Source: Auanema rhodensis
Taxonomy: Eukaryota; Animalia; Nematoda
Length of the DNA stretch: 64,000 nucleotides
Reading direction: 5' to 3'
NCBI GenBank assembly: GCA_964057225.1
Contig: CAXKVF010000074.1
Span: 186,001-250,000, forward strand
Shown: one piece after another, positions 1 to 13,024 of the stretch
Layout: each line of letters opens with the position of its first letter
Numbering within the stretch: position 1 is the first letter of the stretch
Notes under the pieces: model-generated
What the model was told of the DNA's origin: nothing
What the model saw: only the letters and a program-made list of their open reading frames with translations
Database searches by the model: none
Program-made: the position numbers and the translations under genes

Positions 1-54
1 ATTAGATTCCCCATGTCCATATTAGTCTAAAAACAAATTTTTATTGATATTGGT

Positions 55-69
55 TCATGGTAACCATGA
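55..69. other. 15-bp palindrome TCATGGT-A-ACCATGA at monomer positions 55-69 (contains GGTNACC)
   Basis: TCATGGT is the reverse complement of ACCATGA, with one central A. Present in consensus monomers; the common T55G variant removes the outermost pair. Confidence 0.9.
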
Positions 70-112
70 CTTTGAAATTTACGTGAACTTTAATTTATGC
101 TAATTAAATGTA

Positions 113-152
113 CACGTGATGTGCACTTGGTATGTAACTCGTTTCACGTGAA
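113..152. promoter_or_regulatory. Two CACGTG E-box/G-box motifs per monomer (113-118 and 145-150); the second lies in the palindrome TTCACGTGAA
   Basis: The motifs are directly visible. CACGTG is the canonical bHLH/bHLH-ZIP site. Actual protein binding is not shown. Confidence 0.35.
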
Positions 153-1760
153 AGATAAAGAGATGCGGTTTTCAAAATTAGATTCCCCATGTCCATATTA
201 GTCTAAAAACAAATTTTTATCGATATTGGTGCATGGTAACCATGACTTTGAAATTTACGTGAACTTCAATTTATGCTAATTAAATGTACACGTGATGTGC
301 ACTTGGTATGTAACTCGCTTCACGTGAAAGATGAAGAGATGCGGTTTTCAAAATTAGATTCCCCATGTCCATATTAGTCTAAAAACAAATTTTTATTGAT
401 ATTGGTTCATGGTAACCATGACTTTGAAATTTACGTGAACTTTAATTAATGCTAATTAAATGTACACGTGATGTGCACTTGGTATGTAACTCGCTTCACG
501 TGAAAGATGAAGAGATGCGGTTTTCAAAATTAGATTCCCCATGTCCATATTAGTCTAAAAACAAATTTTTATTGATATTGGTTCATGGTAACCATGACTT
601 TGAAATTTACGTGAACTTTAATTTATGCTAATTAAATGTACACGTGATGTGCACTTGGTATGTAACTCGTTTCACGTGAAAGATAAAGAGATGCGGTTTT
701 CAAAATTAGATTCCCCATGTCCATATTAGTCTAAAAACAAATTTTTATTGATATTGGTACATGGTAACCATGACTTTGAAATTTACGTGAACTTTAATTT
801 ATGCTAATTAAATGTACACTTGATGTGCACTTGGTATGTAACTCGCTTCACGTGAAAGATAAAGAGATGCGGTTTTCAAAATTAGATTCCCCATGTCCAT
901 ATTAGTCTAAAAACAAATTTTTATTGATATTGGTTCATGGTAACCATGACTTTGAAATTTACGTGAACTTTAATTTATGCTAATTAAATGTACACGTGAT
1001 GTGCACTTGGTATGTAACTCGCTTCACGTGAAAGATAAAGAAATGCGGTTTTCAAAATTAGATTCCCCATGTCCATATTAGTCTAAAAACAAATTTTTAT
1101 TGATATTGGTGCATGGTAACCATGACTTTGAAATTTACGTGAACTTTAATTTATGCTAATTAAATGTACACGTGATGTGCACTTGGTATGTAACTCGCTT
1201 CACGTGAAAGATAAAGAGATGCGGTTTTCAAAATTAGATTTCCCATGTCCATATTAGTCTAAAAACAAATTTTTATTGTTATTAGTTCATGGTAACCATG
1301 ACTTTGAAATTTACGTGAACTTTAATTTATGCTAATTAAATGTACACGTGATGTGCACTTGGTATGTAACTCGCTTCACGTGAAAGATGAAGAGATGCGG
1401 TTTTCAAAATTAGATTCCCCATGTCCATATTAGTCTAAAAACAAATTTTTATTGATATTGGTTCATGGTAACCATGACTTTGAAATTTACGTGAACTTTA
1501 ATTTATGCTAATTAAATGTACACGTGATGTGCACTTGGTATGTAACTCGCTTCACGTGAAAGATGAAGAGATGCGGTTTTCAAAATTAGATTCCCCATGT
1601 CCATATTAGTCTAAAAACAAATTTTTATTGATATTGGTGCATGGTAACCATGACTTTGAAATTTACGTGAACTTTAATTTATGCTAATTAAATGTACACG
1701 TGATGTGCACTTGGTATGTAACTCGCTTCTCGTGAAAGATAAAGAGATGCGGTTTTCAAA

Positions 1761-1936
1761 ATTAGATTCCCCATGTCCATATTAGTCTAAAAACAAATTT
1801 TTATTGATATTGGTTCATGGTAACCATGACTTTGAAATTTACGTGAACTTTAATTTATGCTAATTAAATGTACACGTGATGTGCACTTGGTATGTAACTC
1901 GCTTCACGTGAAAGATAAAGAGATGCGGTTTTCAAA
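1761..1936 (+). repeat. Representative consensus 176-bp monomer (56 G+C, ~32% GC, 5 CpG)
   Basis: This monomer carries none of the recurrent variants. Identical copies occur throughout, e.g. six in a row at 31684-32739. Confidence 0.95.
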
Positions 1937-4900
1937 ATTAGATTCCCCATGTCCATATTAGTCTAAAAACAAATTTTTATTGATATTGGTGCATGGTAAC
2001 CATGACTTTGAAATTTACGTGAACTTTAATTTATGCTAATTAAATGTACACGTGATGTGCACTTGGTATGTAACTCGCTTCACGTGAAAGATGAAGAGAT
2101 GCGGTTTTCAAAATTAGATTCCCCATGTCCATATTAGTCTAAAAACAAATTTTTATTGATATTGGTGCATGGTAACCATGACTTTGAAATTTACGTGAAC
2201 TTTAATTTATGCTAATTAAATGTACACGTGATGTGCACTTGGTATGCAACTCGCTTCACGTGAAAGATAAAGAGATGCGGTTTTCAAAATTAGATTCCCC
2301 ATGTCCATATTAGTCTAAAAACAAATTTTTATTGATATTGGTGCATGGTAACCATGACTTTGAAATTTACGTGAACTTTAATTTATGCTAATTAAATGTA
2401 CACGTGATGTGCACTTGGTATGTAACTCGCTTCACGTGAAAGATGAAGAGATGCTGTTTTCAAAATTAGATTCCCCATGTCCATATTAGTCTAAAAACAA
2501 ATTTTTATTGATATTGGTGCATGGTAACCATGACTTTGAAATTTACGTGAACTTCAATTTATGCTAATTAAATGTACACGTGATGTGCACTTGGTATGTA
2601 ACTCGCTTCACGTGAAAGATGAAGAGATGCGGTTTTCAAAATTAGATTCCCCATGTCCATATTAGTCTAAAAACAAATTTTTATTGATATTGGTTCATGG
2701 TAACCATGACTTTGAAATTTACGTGAACTTTAATTAATGCTAATTAAATGTACACGTGATGTGCACTTGGTATGTAACTCGCTTCACGTGAAAGATGAAG
2801 AGATGCGGTTTTCAAAATTAGATTCCCCATGTCCATATTAGTCTAAAAACAAATTTTTATTGATATTGGTTCATGGTAACCATGACTTTGAAATTTACGT
2901 GAACTTTAATTTATGCTAATTAAATGTACACGTGATGTGCACTTGGTATGTAACTCGTTTCACGTGAAAGATAAAGAGATGCGGTTTTCAAAATTAGATT
3001 CCCCATGTCCATATTAGTCTAAAAACAAATTTTTATCGATATTGGTGCATGGTAACCATGACTTTGAAATTTACGTGAACTTCAATTTATGCTAATTAAA
3101 TGTACACGTGATGTGCACTTGGTATGTAACTCGCTTCACGTGAAAGATGAAGAGATGCGGTTTTCAAAATTAGATTCCCCATGTCCATATTAGTCTAAAA
3201 ACAAATTTTTATTGATATTGGTTCATGGTAACCATGACTTTGAAATTTACGTGAACTTTAATTAATGCTAATTAAATGTACACGTGATGTGCACTTGGTA
3301 TGTAACTCGCTTCACGTGAAAGATGAAGAGATGCGGTTTTCAAAATTAGATTCCCCATGTCCATATTAGTCTAAAAACAAATTTTTATTGATATTGGTTC
3401 ATGGTAACCATGACTTTGAAATTTACGTGAACTTTAATTTATGCTAATTAAATGTACACGTGATGTGCACTTGGTATGTAACTCGTTTCACGTGAAAGAT
3501 AAAGAGATGCGGTTTTCAAAATTAGATTCCCCATGTCCATATTAGTCTAAAAACAAATTTTTATTGATATTGGTACATGGTAACCATGACTTTGAAATTT
3601 ACGTGAACTTTAATTTATGCTAATTAAATGTACACTTGATGTGCACTTGGTATGTAACTCGCTTCACGTGAAAGATAAAGAGATGCGGTTTTCAAAATTA
3701 GATTCCCCATGTCCATATTAGTCTAAAAACAAATTTTTATTGATATTGGTTCATGGTAACCATGACTTTGAAATTTACGTGAACTTTAATTTATGCTAAT
3801 TAAATGTACACGTGATGTGCACTTGGTATGTAACTCGCTTCACGTGAAAGATAAAGAAATGCGGTTTTCAAAATTAGATTCCCCATGTCCATATTAGTCT
3901 AAAAACAAATTTTTATTGATATTGGTGCATGGTAACCATGACTTTGAAATTTACGTGAACTTTAATTTATGCTAATTAAATGTACACGTGATGTGCACTT
4001 GGTATGTAACTCGCTTCACGTGAAAGATAAAGAGATGCGGTTTTCAAAATTAGATTTCCCATGTCCATATTAGTCTAAAAACAAATTTTTATTGTTATTA
4101 GTTCATGGTAACCATGACTTTGAAATTTACGTGAACTTTAATTTATGCTAATTAAATGTACACGTGATGTGCACTTGGTATGTAACTCGCTTCACGTGAA
4201 AGATAAAGAGATGCGGTTTTCAAAATTAGATTCCCCATGTCCATATTAGTCTAAAAACAAATTTTTATTGATATTGGTGCATGGTAACCATGACTTTGAA
4301 ATTTACGTGAACTTTAATTTATGCTAATTAAATGTACACGTGATGTGCACTTGGTATGTAACTCGCTTCACGTGAAAGATGAAGAGATGCGGTTTTCAAA
4401 ATTAGATTCCCCATGTCCATATTAGTCTAAAAACAAATTTTTATTGATATTGGTGCATGGTAACCATGACTTTGAAATTTACGTGAACTTCAATTTATGC
4501 TAATTAAATGTACACGTGATGTGCACTTGGTATGTAACTCGCTTCACGTGAAAGATAAAGAGATGCGGTTTTCAAAATTAGATTCCCCATGTCCATATTA
4601 GTCTAAAAACAAATTTTTATTGATATTGGTTCATGGTAACCATGACTTTGAAATTTACGTGAACTTTAATTAATGCTAATTAAATGTACACGTGATGTGC
4701 ACTTGGTATGTAACTCGCTTCACGTGAAAGATGAAGAGATGCGGTTTTCAAAATTAGATTCCCCATGTCCATATTAGTCTAAAAACAAATTTTTATTGAT
4801 ATTGGTTCATGGTAACCATGACTTTGAAATTTACGTGAACTTTAATTTATGCTAATTAAATGTACACGTGATGTGCACTTGGTATGTAACTCGTTTCACG

Positions 4901-7900
4901 TGAAAGATAAAGAGATGCGGTTTTCAAAATTAGATTCCCCATGTCCATATTAGTCTAAAAACAAATTTTTATTGATATTGGTGCATGGTAACCATGACTT
5001 TGAAATTTACGTGAACTTTAATTTATGCTAATTAAATGTACACTTGATGTGCACTTGGTATGTAACTCGCTTCACGTGAAAGATAAAGAGATGCGGTTTT
5101 CAAAATTAGATTCCCCATGTCCATATTAGTCTAAAAACAAATTTTTATTGATATTGGTTCATGGTAACCATGACTTTGAAATTTACGTGAACTTTAATTT
5201 ATGCTAATTAAATGTACACGTGATGTGCACTTGGTATGTAACTCGCTTCACGTGAAAGATAAAGAAATGCGGTTTTCAAAATTAGATTCCCCATGTCCAT
5301 ATTAGTCTAAAAACAAATTTTTATTGATATTGGTGCATGGTAACCATGACTTTGAAATTTACGTGAACTTTAATTTATGCTAATTAAATGTACACGTGAT
5401 GTGCACTTGGTATGTAACTCGCTTCACGTGAAAGATAAAGAGATGCGGTTTTCAAAATTAGATTCCCCATGTCCATATTAGTCTAAAAACAAATTTTTAT
5501 TGATATTGGTTCATGGTAACCATGACTTTGAAATTTACGTGAACTTTAATTTATGCTAATTAAATGTACACGTGATGTGCACTTGGTTTGTAACTCGCTT
5601 CACGTGAAAGATAAAGAGATGCGGTTTTCAAAATTAGATTCCCCATGTCCATATTAGTCTAAAAACAAATTTTTATTGATATTGGTTCATGGTAACCATG
5701 ACTTTGAAATTTACGTGAACTTTAATTTATGCTAATTAAATGTACACGTGATGTGCACTTGGTATGTAACTCGCTTCACGTGAAAGATAAAGAGATGCGG
5801 TTTTCAAAATTAGATTCCCCATGTCCATATTAGTCTAAAAACAAATTTTTATTGATATTAGTTCATGGTAACCATGACTTTGAAATTTACGTGAACTTTA
5901 ATTTATGCTAATTAAATGTACACGTGATGTGCACTTGGTATGTAACTCGCTTCACGTGAAAGATAAAGAGATGCGGTTTTCAAAATTAGATTCCCCATGT
6001 CCATATTAGTCTAAAAACAAATTTTTATTGATATTGGTTCATGGTAACCATGACTTTGAAATTTACGTGAACTTTAATTTATGCTAATTAAATGTACACG
6101 TGATGTGCACTTGGTATGTAACTCGCTTCACGTGAAAGATAAAAAGATGCGGTTTTCAAAATTAGATTCCCCATGTCCATATTAGTCTAAAAACAAATTT
6201 TTATTGATATTAGTTCATGGTAACCATGACTTTGAAATTTACGTGAACTTTAATTTATGCTAATTAAATGTACACGTGATGTGCACTTGGTATGTAACTC
6301 GCTTCACGTGAAAGATAAAGAGATGCGGTTTTCAAAATTAGATTCCCCATGTCCATATTAGTCTAAAAACAAATTTTTATTGATATTGGTTCATGGTAAC
6401 CATGACTTTGAAATTTACGTGAACTTTAATTTATGCTAATTAAATGTACACGTGATGTGCACTTGGTATGTAACTCGCTTCACGTGAAAGATGAAGAGAT
6501 GCGGTTTTCAAAATTAGATTCCCCATGTCCATATTAGTCTAAAAACGAATTTTTATTGATATTGGTTCATGGTAACCATGACTTTGAAATTTACGTGAAC
6601 TTTAATTTATGCTAATTAAATGTACACGTGATGTGCACTTGGTATGTAACTCGCTTCACGTGAAAGATAAAGAGATGCGGTTTTCAAAATTAGATTCCCC
6701 ATGTCCATATTAGTCTAAAAACAAATTTTTATTGATATTGGTTCATGGTAACCATGACTTTGAATTTTACGTGAACTTTAATTTATGCTAATTAAATGTA
6801 CACGTGATGTGCACTTGGTATGTAACTCGCTTCACGTAAAAGATAAAGAGATGCGGTTTTCAAAATTAGATTCCCCATGTCCATATTAGTCTAAAAACAA
6901 ATTTTTATTGATATTGGTTCATGGTAACCATGACTTTGAAATTTACGTGAACTTTAATTAATGCTAATTAAATGTACACGTGATGTGCACTTGGTATGTA
7001 ACTCGCTTCACGTGAAAGATGAAGAGATGCGGTTTTCAAAATTAGATTCCCCATGTCCATATTAGTCTAAAAACAAATTTTTATTGATATTGGTTCATGG
7101 TAACCATGACTTTGAAATTTACGTGAACTTTAATTTATGCTAATTAAATGTACACGTGATGTGCACTTGGTATGTAACTCGTTTCACGTGAAAGATAAAG
7201 AGATGCGGTTTTCAAAATTAGATTCCCCATGTCCATATTAGTCTAAAAACAAATTTTTATTGATATTGGTGCATGGTAACCATGACTTTGAAATTTACGT
7301 GAACTTTAATTTATGCTAATTAAATGTACACTTGATGTGCACTTGGTATGTAACTCGCTTCACGTGAAAGATAAAGAGATGCGGTTTTCAAAATTAGATT
7401 CCCCATGTCCATATTAGTCTAAAAACAAATTTTTATTGATATTGGTTCATGGTAACCATGACTTTGAAATTTACGTGAACTTTAATTTATGCTAATTAAA
7501 TGTACACGTGATGTGCACTTGGTATGTAACTCGCTTCACGTGAAAGATAAAGAAATGCGGTTTTCAAAATTAGATTCCCCATGTCCATATTAGTCTAAAA
7601 ACAAATTTTTATTGATATTGGTGCATGGTAACCATGACTTTGAAATTTACGTGAACTTTAATTTATGCTAATTAAATGTACACGTGATGTGCACTTGGTA
7701 TGTAACTCGCTTCACGTGAAAGATAAAGAGATGCGGTTTTCAAAATTAGATTCCCCATGTCCATATTAGTCTAAAAACAAATTTTTATTGATATTAGTTC
7801 ATGGTAACCATGACTTTGAAATTTACGTGAACTTTAATTTATGCTAATTAAATGTACACGTGATGTGCACTTGGTATGTAACTCGCTTCACGTGAAAGAT

Positions 7901-7920
7901 AAAGAGATGCGGTTTTCAAA

Positions 7921-10900
7921 ATTAGATTCCCCATGTCCATATTAGTCTAAAAACAAATTTTTATTGATATTGGTTCATGGTAACCATGACTTTGAAATTT
8001 ACGTGAACTTTAATTTATGCTAATTAAATGTACACGTGATGTGCACTTGGTATGTAACTCGCTTCACGTGAAAGATAAAAAGATGCGGTTTTCAAAATTA
8101 GATTCCCCATGTCCATATTAGTCTAAAAACAAATTTTTATTGATATTAGTTCATGGTAACCATGACTTTGAAATTTACGTGAACTTTAATTTATGCTAAT
8201 TAAATGTACACGTGATGTGCACTTGGTATGTAACTCGCTTCACGTGAAAGATAAAGAGATGCGGTTTTCAAAATTAGATTCCCCATGTCCATATTAGTCT
8301 AAAAACAAATTTTTATTGATATTGGTTCATGGTAACCATGACTTTGAAATTTACGTGAACTTTAATTTATGCTAATTAAATGTACACGTGATGTGCACTT
8401 GGTATGTAACTCGCTTCACGTGAAAGATAAAGAGATGCGGTTTTCAAAATTAGATTCCCCATGTCCATATTAGTCTAAAAACAAATTTTTATTGATATTG
8501 GTTCATGGTAACCATGACTTTGAAATTTACGTGAACTTTAATTTATGCTAATTAAATGTACACGTGATGTGCACTTGGTATGTAACTCGCTTCACGTAAA
8601 AGAAAAAGAGATGCGGTTTTCAAAATTAGATTCCCCATGTCCATATTAGTCTAAAAACAAATTTTTATTGATATTGGTTCATGGTAACCATGACTTTGAA
8701 ATTTACGTGAACTTTAATTTATGCTAATTAAATGTACACGTGATGTGCACTTGGTATGTAACTCGCTTCACGTGAAAGATAAAGAGATGCGGTTTTCAAA
8801 ATTAGATTCCCCATGTCCATATTAGTCTAAAAACAAATTTTTATTGATATTGGTTCATGGTAACCATGACTTTGAAATTTACGTGAACTTTAATTTATGC
8901 TAATTAAATGTACACGTGATGTGCACTTGGTATGTAACTCGCTTCACGTGAAAGAAAAAGAGATGCGGTTTTCAAAATTAGATTCCCCATGTCCATATTA
9001 GTCTAAAAACAAATTTTTATTGATATTGGTTCATGGTAACCATGACTTTGAAATTTATGTGAACTTTAATTTATGCTAATTAAATGTACACGTGATGTGC
9101 ACTTGGTATGTAACTCGCTTCACGTGAAAGAAAAAGAGATGCGGTTTTCAAAATTAGATTCCCCATGTCCATATTAGTCTAAAAACAAATTTTTATTGAT
9201 ATTGGTTCATGGTAACCATGACTTTGAAATTTACGTGAACTTTAATTTATGCTAATTAAATGTACACGTGATGTGCACTTGGTATGTAACTCGCTTCACG
9301 TGAAAGATAAAGAGATGCGGTTTTCAAAATTAGATTCCCCATGTCCATATTAGTCTAAAAACAAATTTTTATTGATATTGGTGCATGGTAACCATGACTT
9401 TGAAATTTACGTGAACTTTAATTTATGCTAATTAAATGTACACGTGATGTGCACTTGGTATGTAACTCGCTTCACGTGAAAGATGAAGAGATGCGGTTTT
9501 CAAAATTAGATTCCCCATGTCCATATTAGTCTAAAAACGAATTTTTATTGATATTGGTTCATGGTAACCATGACTTTGAAATTTACGTGAACTTTAATTT
9601 ATGCTAATTAAATGTACACGTGATGTGCACTTGGTATGTAACTCGCTTCACGTGAAAGATAAAGAGATGCGGTTTTCAAAATTAGATTCCCCATGTCCAT
9701 ATTAGTCTAAAAACAAATTTTTATTGATATTGGTTCATGGTAACCATGACTTTGAATTTTACGTGAACTTTAATTTATGCTAATTAAATGTACACGTGAT
9801 GTGCACTTGGTATGTAACTCGCTTCACGTAAAAGATAAAGAGATGCGGTTTTCAAAATTAGATTCCCCATGTCCATATTAGTCTAAAAACAAATTTTTAT
9901 TGATATTGCTTCATGGTAACCATGACTTTGAAATTTACGTGAACTTTAATTTATGCTAATTAAATGTACACGTGATGTGCACTTGGTATGTAACTCGCTT
10001 CACGTGAAAGATGAAGAGATGCGGTTTTCAAAATTAGATTCCCCATGTCCATATTAGTCTAAAAACAAATTTTTATTGATATTGGTTCATGGTAACCATG
10101 ACTTTGAAATTTACGTGAACTTTAATTTATGCTAATTAAATGTACACGTGATGTGCACTTGGTATGTAACTCGCTTCACGTGAAAGATAAAGAGATGCGG
10201 TTTTCAAAATTAGATTCCCCATGTCCATATTAGTCTAAAAACAAATTTTTATTGATATTGGTTCATGGTAACCATGACTTTGAAATTTACGTGAACTTTA
10301 ATTTATGCTAATTAAATGTACACGTGATGTGCACTTGGTATGTAACTCGCTTCACGTGAAAGAAAAAGAGATGCGGTTTTCAAAATTAGATTCCCCATGT
10401 CCATATTAGTCTAAAAACAAATTTTTATTGATATTGGTTCATGGTAACCATGACTTTGAAATTTATGTGAACTTTAATTTATGCTAATTAAATGTACACG
10501 TGATGTGCACTTGGTATGTAACTCGCTTCACGTGAAAGAAAAAGAGATGCGGTTTTCAAAATTAGATTCCCCATGTCCATATTAGTCTAAAAACAAATTT
10601 TTATTGATATTGGTTCATGGTAACCATGACTTTGAAATTTACGTGAACTTTAATTTATGCTAATTAAATGTACACGTGATGTGCACTTGGTATGTAACTC
10701 GCTTCACGTGAAAGATAAAGAGATGCGGTTTTCAAAATTAGATTCCCCATGTCCATATTAGTCTAAAAACAAATTTTTATTGATATTGGTGCATGGTAAC
10801 CATGACTTTGAAATTTACGTGAACTTTAATTTATGCTAATTAAATGTACACGTGATGTGCACTTGGTATGTAACTCGCTTCACGTGAAAGATAAAGAGAT

Positions 10901-13024
10901 GCGGTTTTCAAAATTAGATTCCCCATGTCCATATTAGTCTAAAAACAAATTTTTATTGATATTGGTTCATGGTAACCATGACTTTGAAATTTACGTGAAC
11001 TTTAATTTATGCTAATTAAATGTACACGTGATGTGCACTTGGTATGTAACTCGCTTCACGTGAAAGATAAAAAGATGCGGTTTTCAAAATTAGATTCCCC
11101 ATGTCCATATTAGTCTAAAAACAAATTTTTATTGATATTAGTTCATGGTAACCATGACTTTGAAATTTACGTGAACTTTAATTTATGCTAATTAAATGTA
11201 CACGTGATGTGCACTTGGTATGTAACTCGCTTCACGTGAAAGATAAAGAGATGCGGTTTTCAAAATTAGATTCCCCATGTCCATATTAGTCTAAAAACAA
11301 ATTTTTATTGATATTGGTTCATGGTAACCATGACTTTGAAATTTACGTGAACTTTAATTTATGCTAATTAAATGTACACGTGATGTGCACTTGGTATGTA
11401 ACTCGCTTCACGTGAAAGATAAAGAGATGCGGTTTTCAAAATTAGATTCCCCATGTCCATATTAGTCTAAAAACAAATTTTTATTGATATTGGTTCATGG
11501 TAACCATGACTTTGAAATTTACGTGAACTTTAATTTATGCTAATTAAATGTACACGTGATGTGCACTTGGTATGTAACTCGCTTCACGTAAAAGAAAAAG
11601 AGATGCGGTTTTCAAAATTAGATTCCCCATGTCCATATTAGTCTAAAAACAAATTTTTATTGATATTGGTTCATGGTAACCATGACTTTGAAATTTACGT
11701 GAACTTTAATTTATGCTAATTAAATGTACACGTGATGTGCACTTGGTATGTAACTCGCTTCACGTGAAAGATAAAGAGATGCGGTTTTCAAAATTAGATT
11801 CCCCATGTCCATATTAGTCTAAAAACAAATTTTTATTGATATTGGTTCATGGTAACCATGACTTTGAAATTTACGTGAACTTTAATTTATGCTAATTAAA
11901 TGTACACGTGATGTGCACTTGGTATGTAACTCGCTTCACGTGAAAGAAAAAGAGATGCGGTTTTCAAAATTAGATTCCCCATGTCCATATTAGTCTAAAA
12001 ACAAATTTTTATTGATATTGGTTCATGGTAACCATGACTTTGAAATTTATGTGAACTTTAATTTATGCTAATTAAATGTACACGTGATGTGCACTTGGTA
12101 TGTAACTCGCTTCACGTGAAAGAAAAAGAGATGCGGTTTTCAAAATTAGATTCCCCATGTCCATATTAGTCTAAAAACAAATTTTTATTGATATTGGTTC
12201 ATGGTAACCATGACTTTGAAATTTACGTGAACTTTAATTTATGCTAATTAAATGTACACGTGATGTGCACTTGGTATGTAACTCGCTTCACGTGAAAGAT
12301 AAAGAGATGCGGTTTTCAAAATTAGATTCCCCATGTCCATATTAGTCTAAAAACAAATTTTTATTGATATTGGTGCATGGTAACCATGACTTTGAAATTT
12401 ACGTGAACTTTAATTTATGCTAATTAAATGTACACGTGATGTGCACTTGGTATGTAACTCGCTTCACGTGAAAGATGAAGAGATGCGGTTTTCAAAATTA
12501 GATTCCCCATGTCCATATTAGTCTAAAAACGAATTTTTATTGATATTGGTTCATGGTAACCATGACTTTGAAATTTACGTGAACTTTAATTTATGCTAAT
12601 TAAATGTACACGTGATGTGCACTTGGTATGTAACTCGCTTCACGTGAAAGATAAAGAGATGCGGTTTTCAAAATTAGATTCCCCATGTCCATATTAGTCT
12701 AAAAACAAATTTTTATTGATATTGGTTCATGGTAACCATGACTTTGAATTTTACGTGAACTTTAATTTATGCTAATTAAATGTACACGTGATGTGCACTT
12801 GGTATGTAACTCGCTTCACGTAAAAGATAAAGAGATGCGGTTTTCAAAATTAGATTCCCCATGTCCATATTAGTCTAAAAACAAATTTTTATTGATATTG
12901 CTTCATGGTAACCATGACTTTGAAATTTACGTGAACTTTAATTTATGCTAATTAAATGTACACGTGATGTGCACTTGGTATGTAACTCGCTTCACGTGAA
13001 AGATGAAGAGATGCGGTTTTCAAA
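7921..13024 (+). repeat. Block duplication: 12 monomers at 7921-10032 repeated at 10913-13024 (17-monomer, 2992-bp offset)
   Basis: Same order in both copies: G160A; G52A; cons; G150A+T156A; cons; T156A; C82T+T156A; cons; T55G+A157G; A35G; A77T+G150A; G53C+A157G. Confidence 0.85.

Larger units (their letters stand above)
1..4224 (+). repeat. Block duplication: 8 monomers at 1-1408 repeated at 2817-4224 (16-monomer, 2816-bp offset)
   Basis: Same ordered variants in both copies: C142T; T45C+T55G+T91C+A157G; T96A+A157G; C142T; T55A+G116T; G162A; T55G; C9T+A47T+G52A. Confidence 0.85.

Noticed and set aside
138-168. CENP-B box
   Set aside because: No match to NTTCGNNNNANNCGGGN on either strand of the consensus.
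1-176. Assignment to other ~171-178-bp satellites (Brassica CentBr, Arabidopsis CEN178, alpha satellite, honey bee AluI repeat)
   Set aside because: Only the length is similar. I see no recognisable sequence similarity, and the monomer has no AAGCTT or AGCT site. A database search is needed.
1-176. Tandem 5S rRNA, tRNA, snRNA or spliced-leader gene array
   Set aside because: No recognisable conserved RNA sequence, cloverleaf or Pol III internal boxes.
28-177. Strict 10-bp phased A-tract curvature signal
   Set aside because: A/T tracts are present, but by eye their spacing is not regularly ~10.5 bp; a curvature calculation would be needed.
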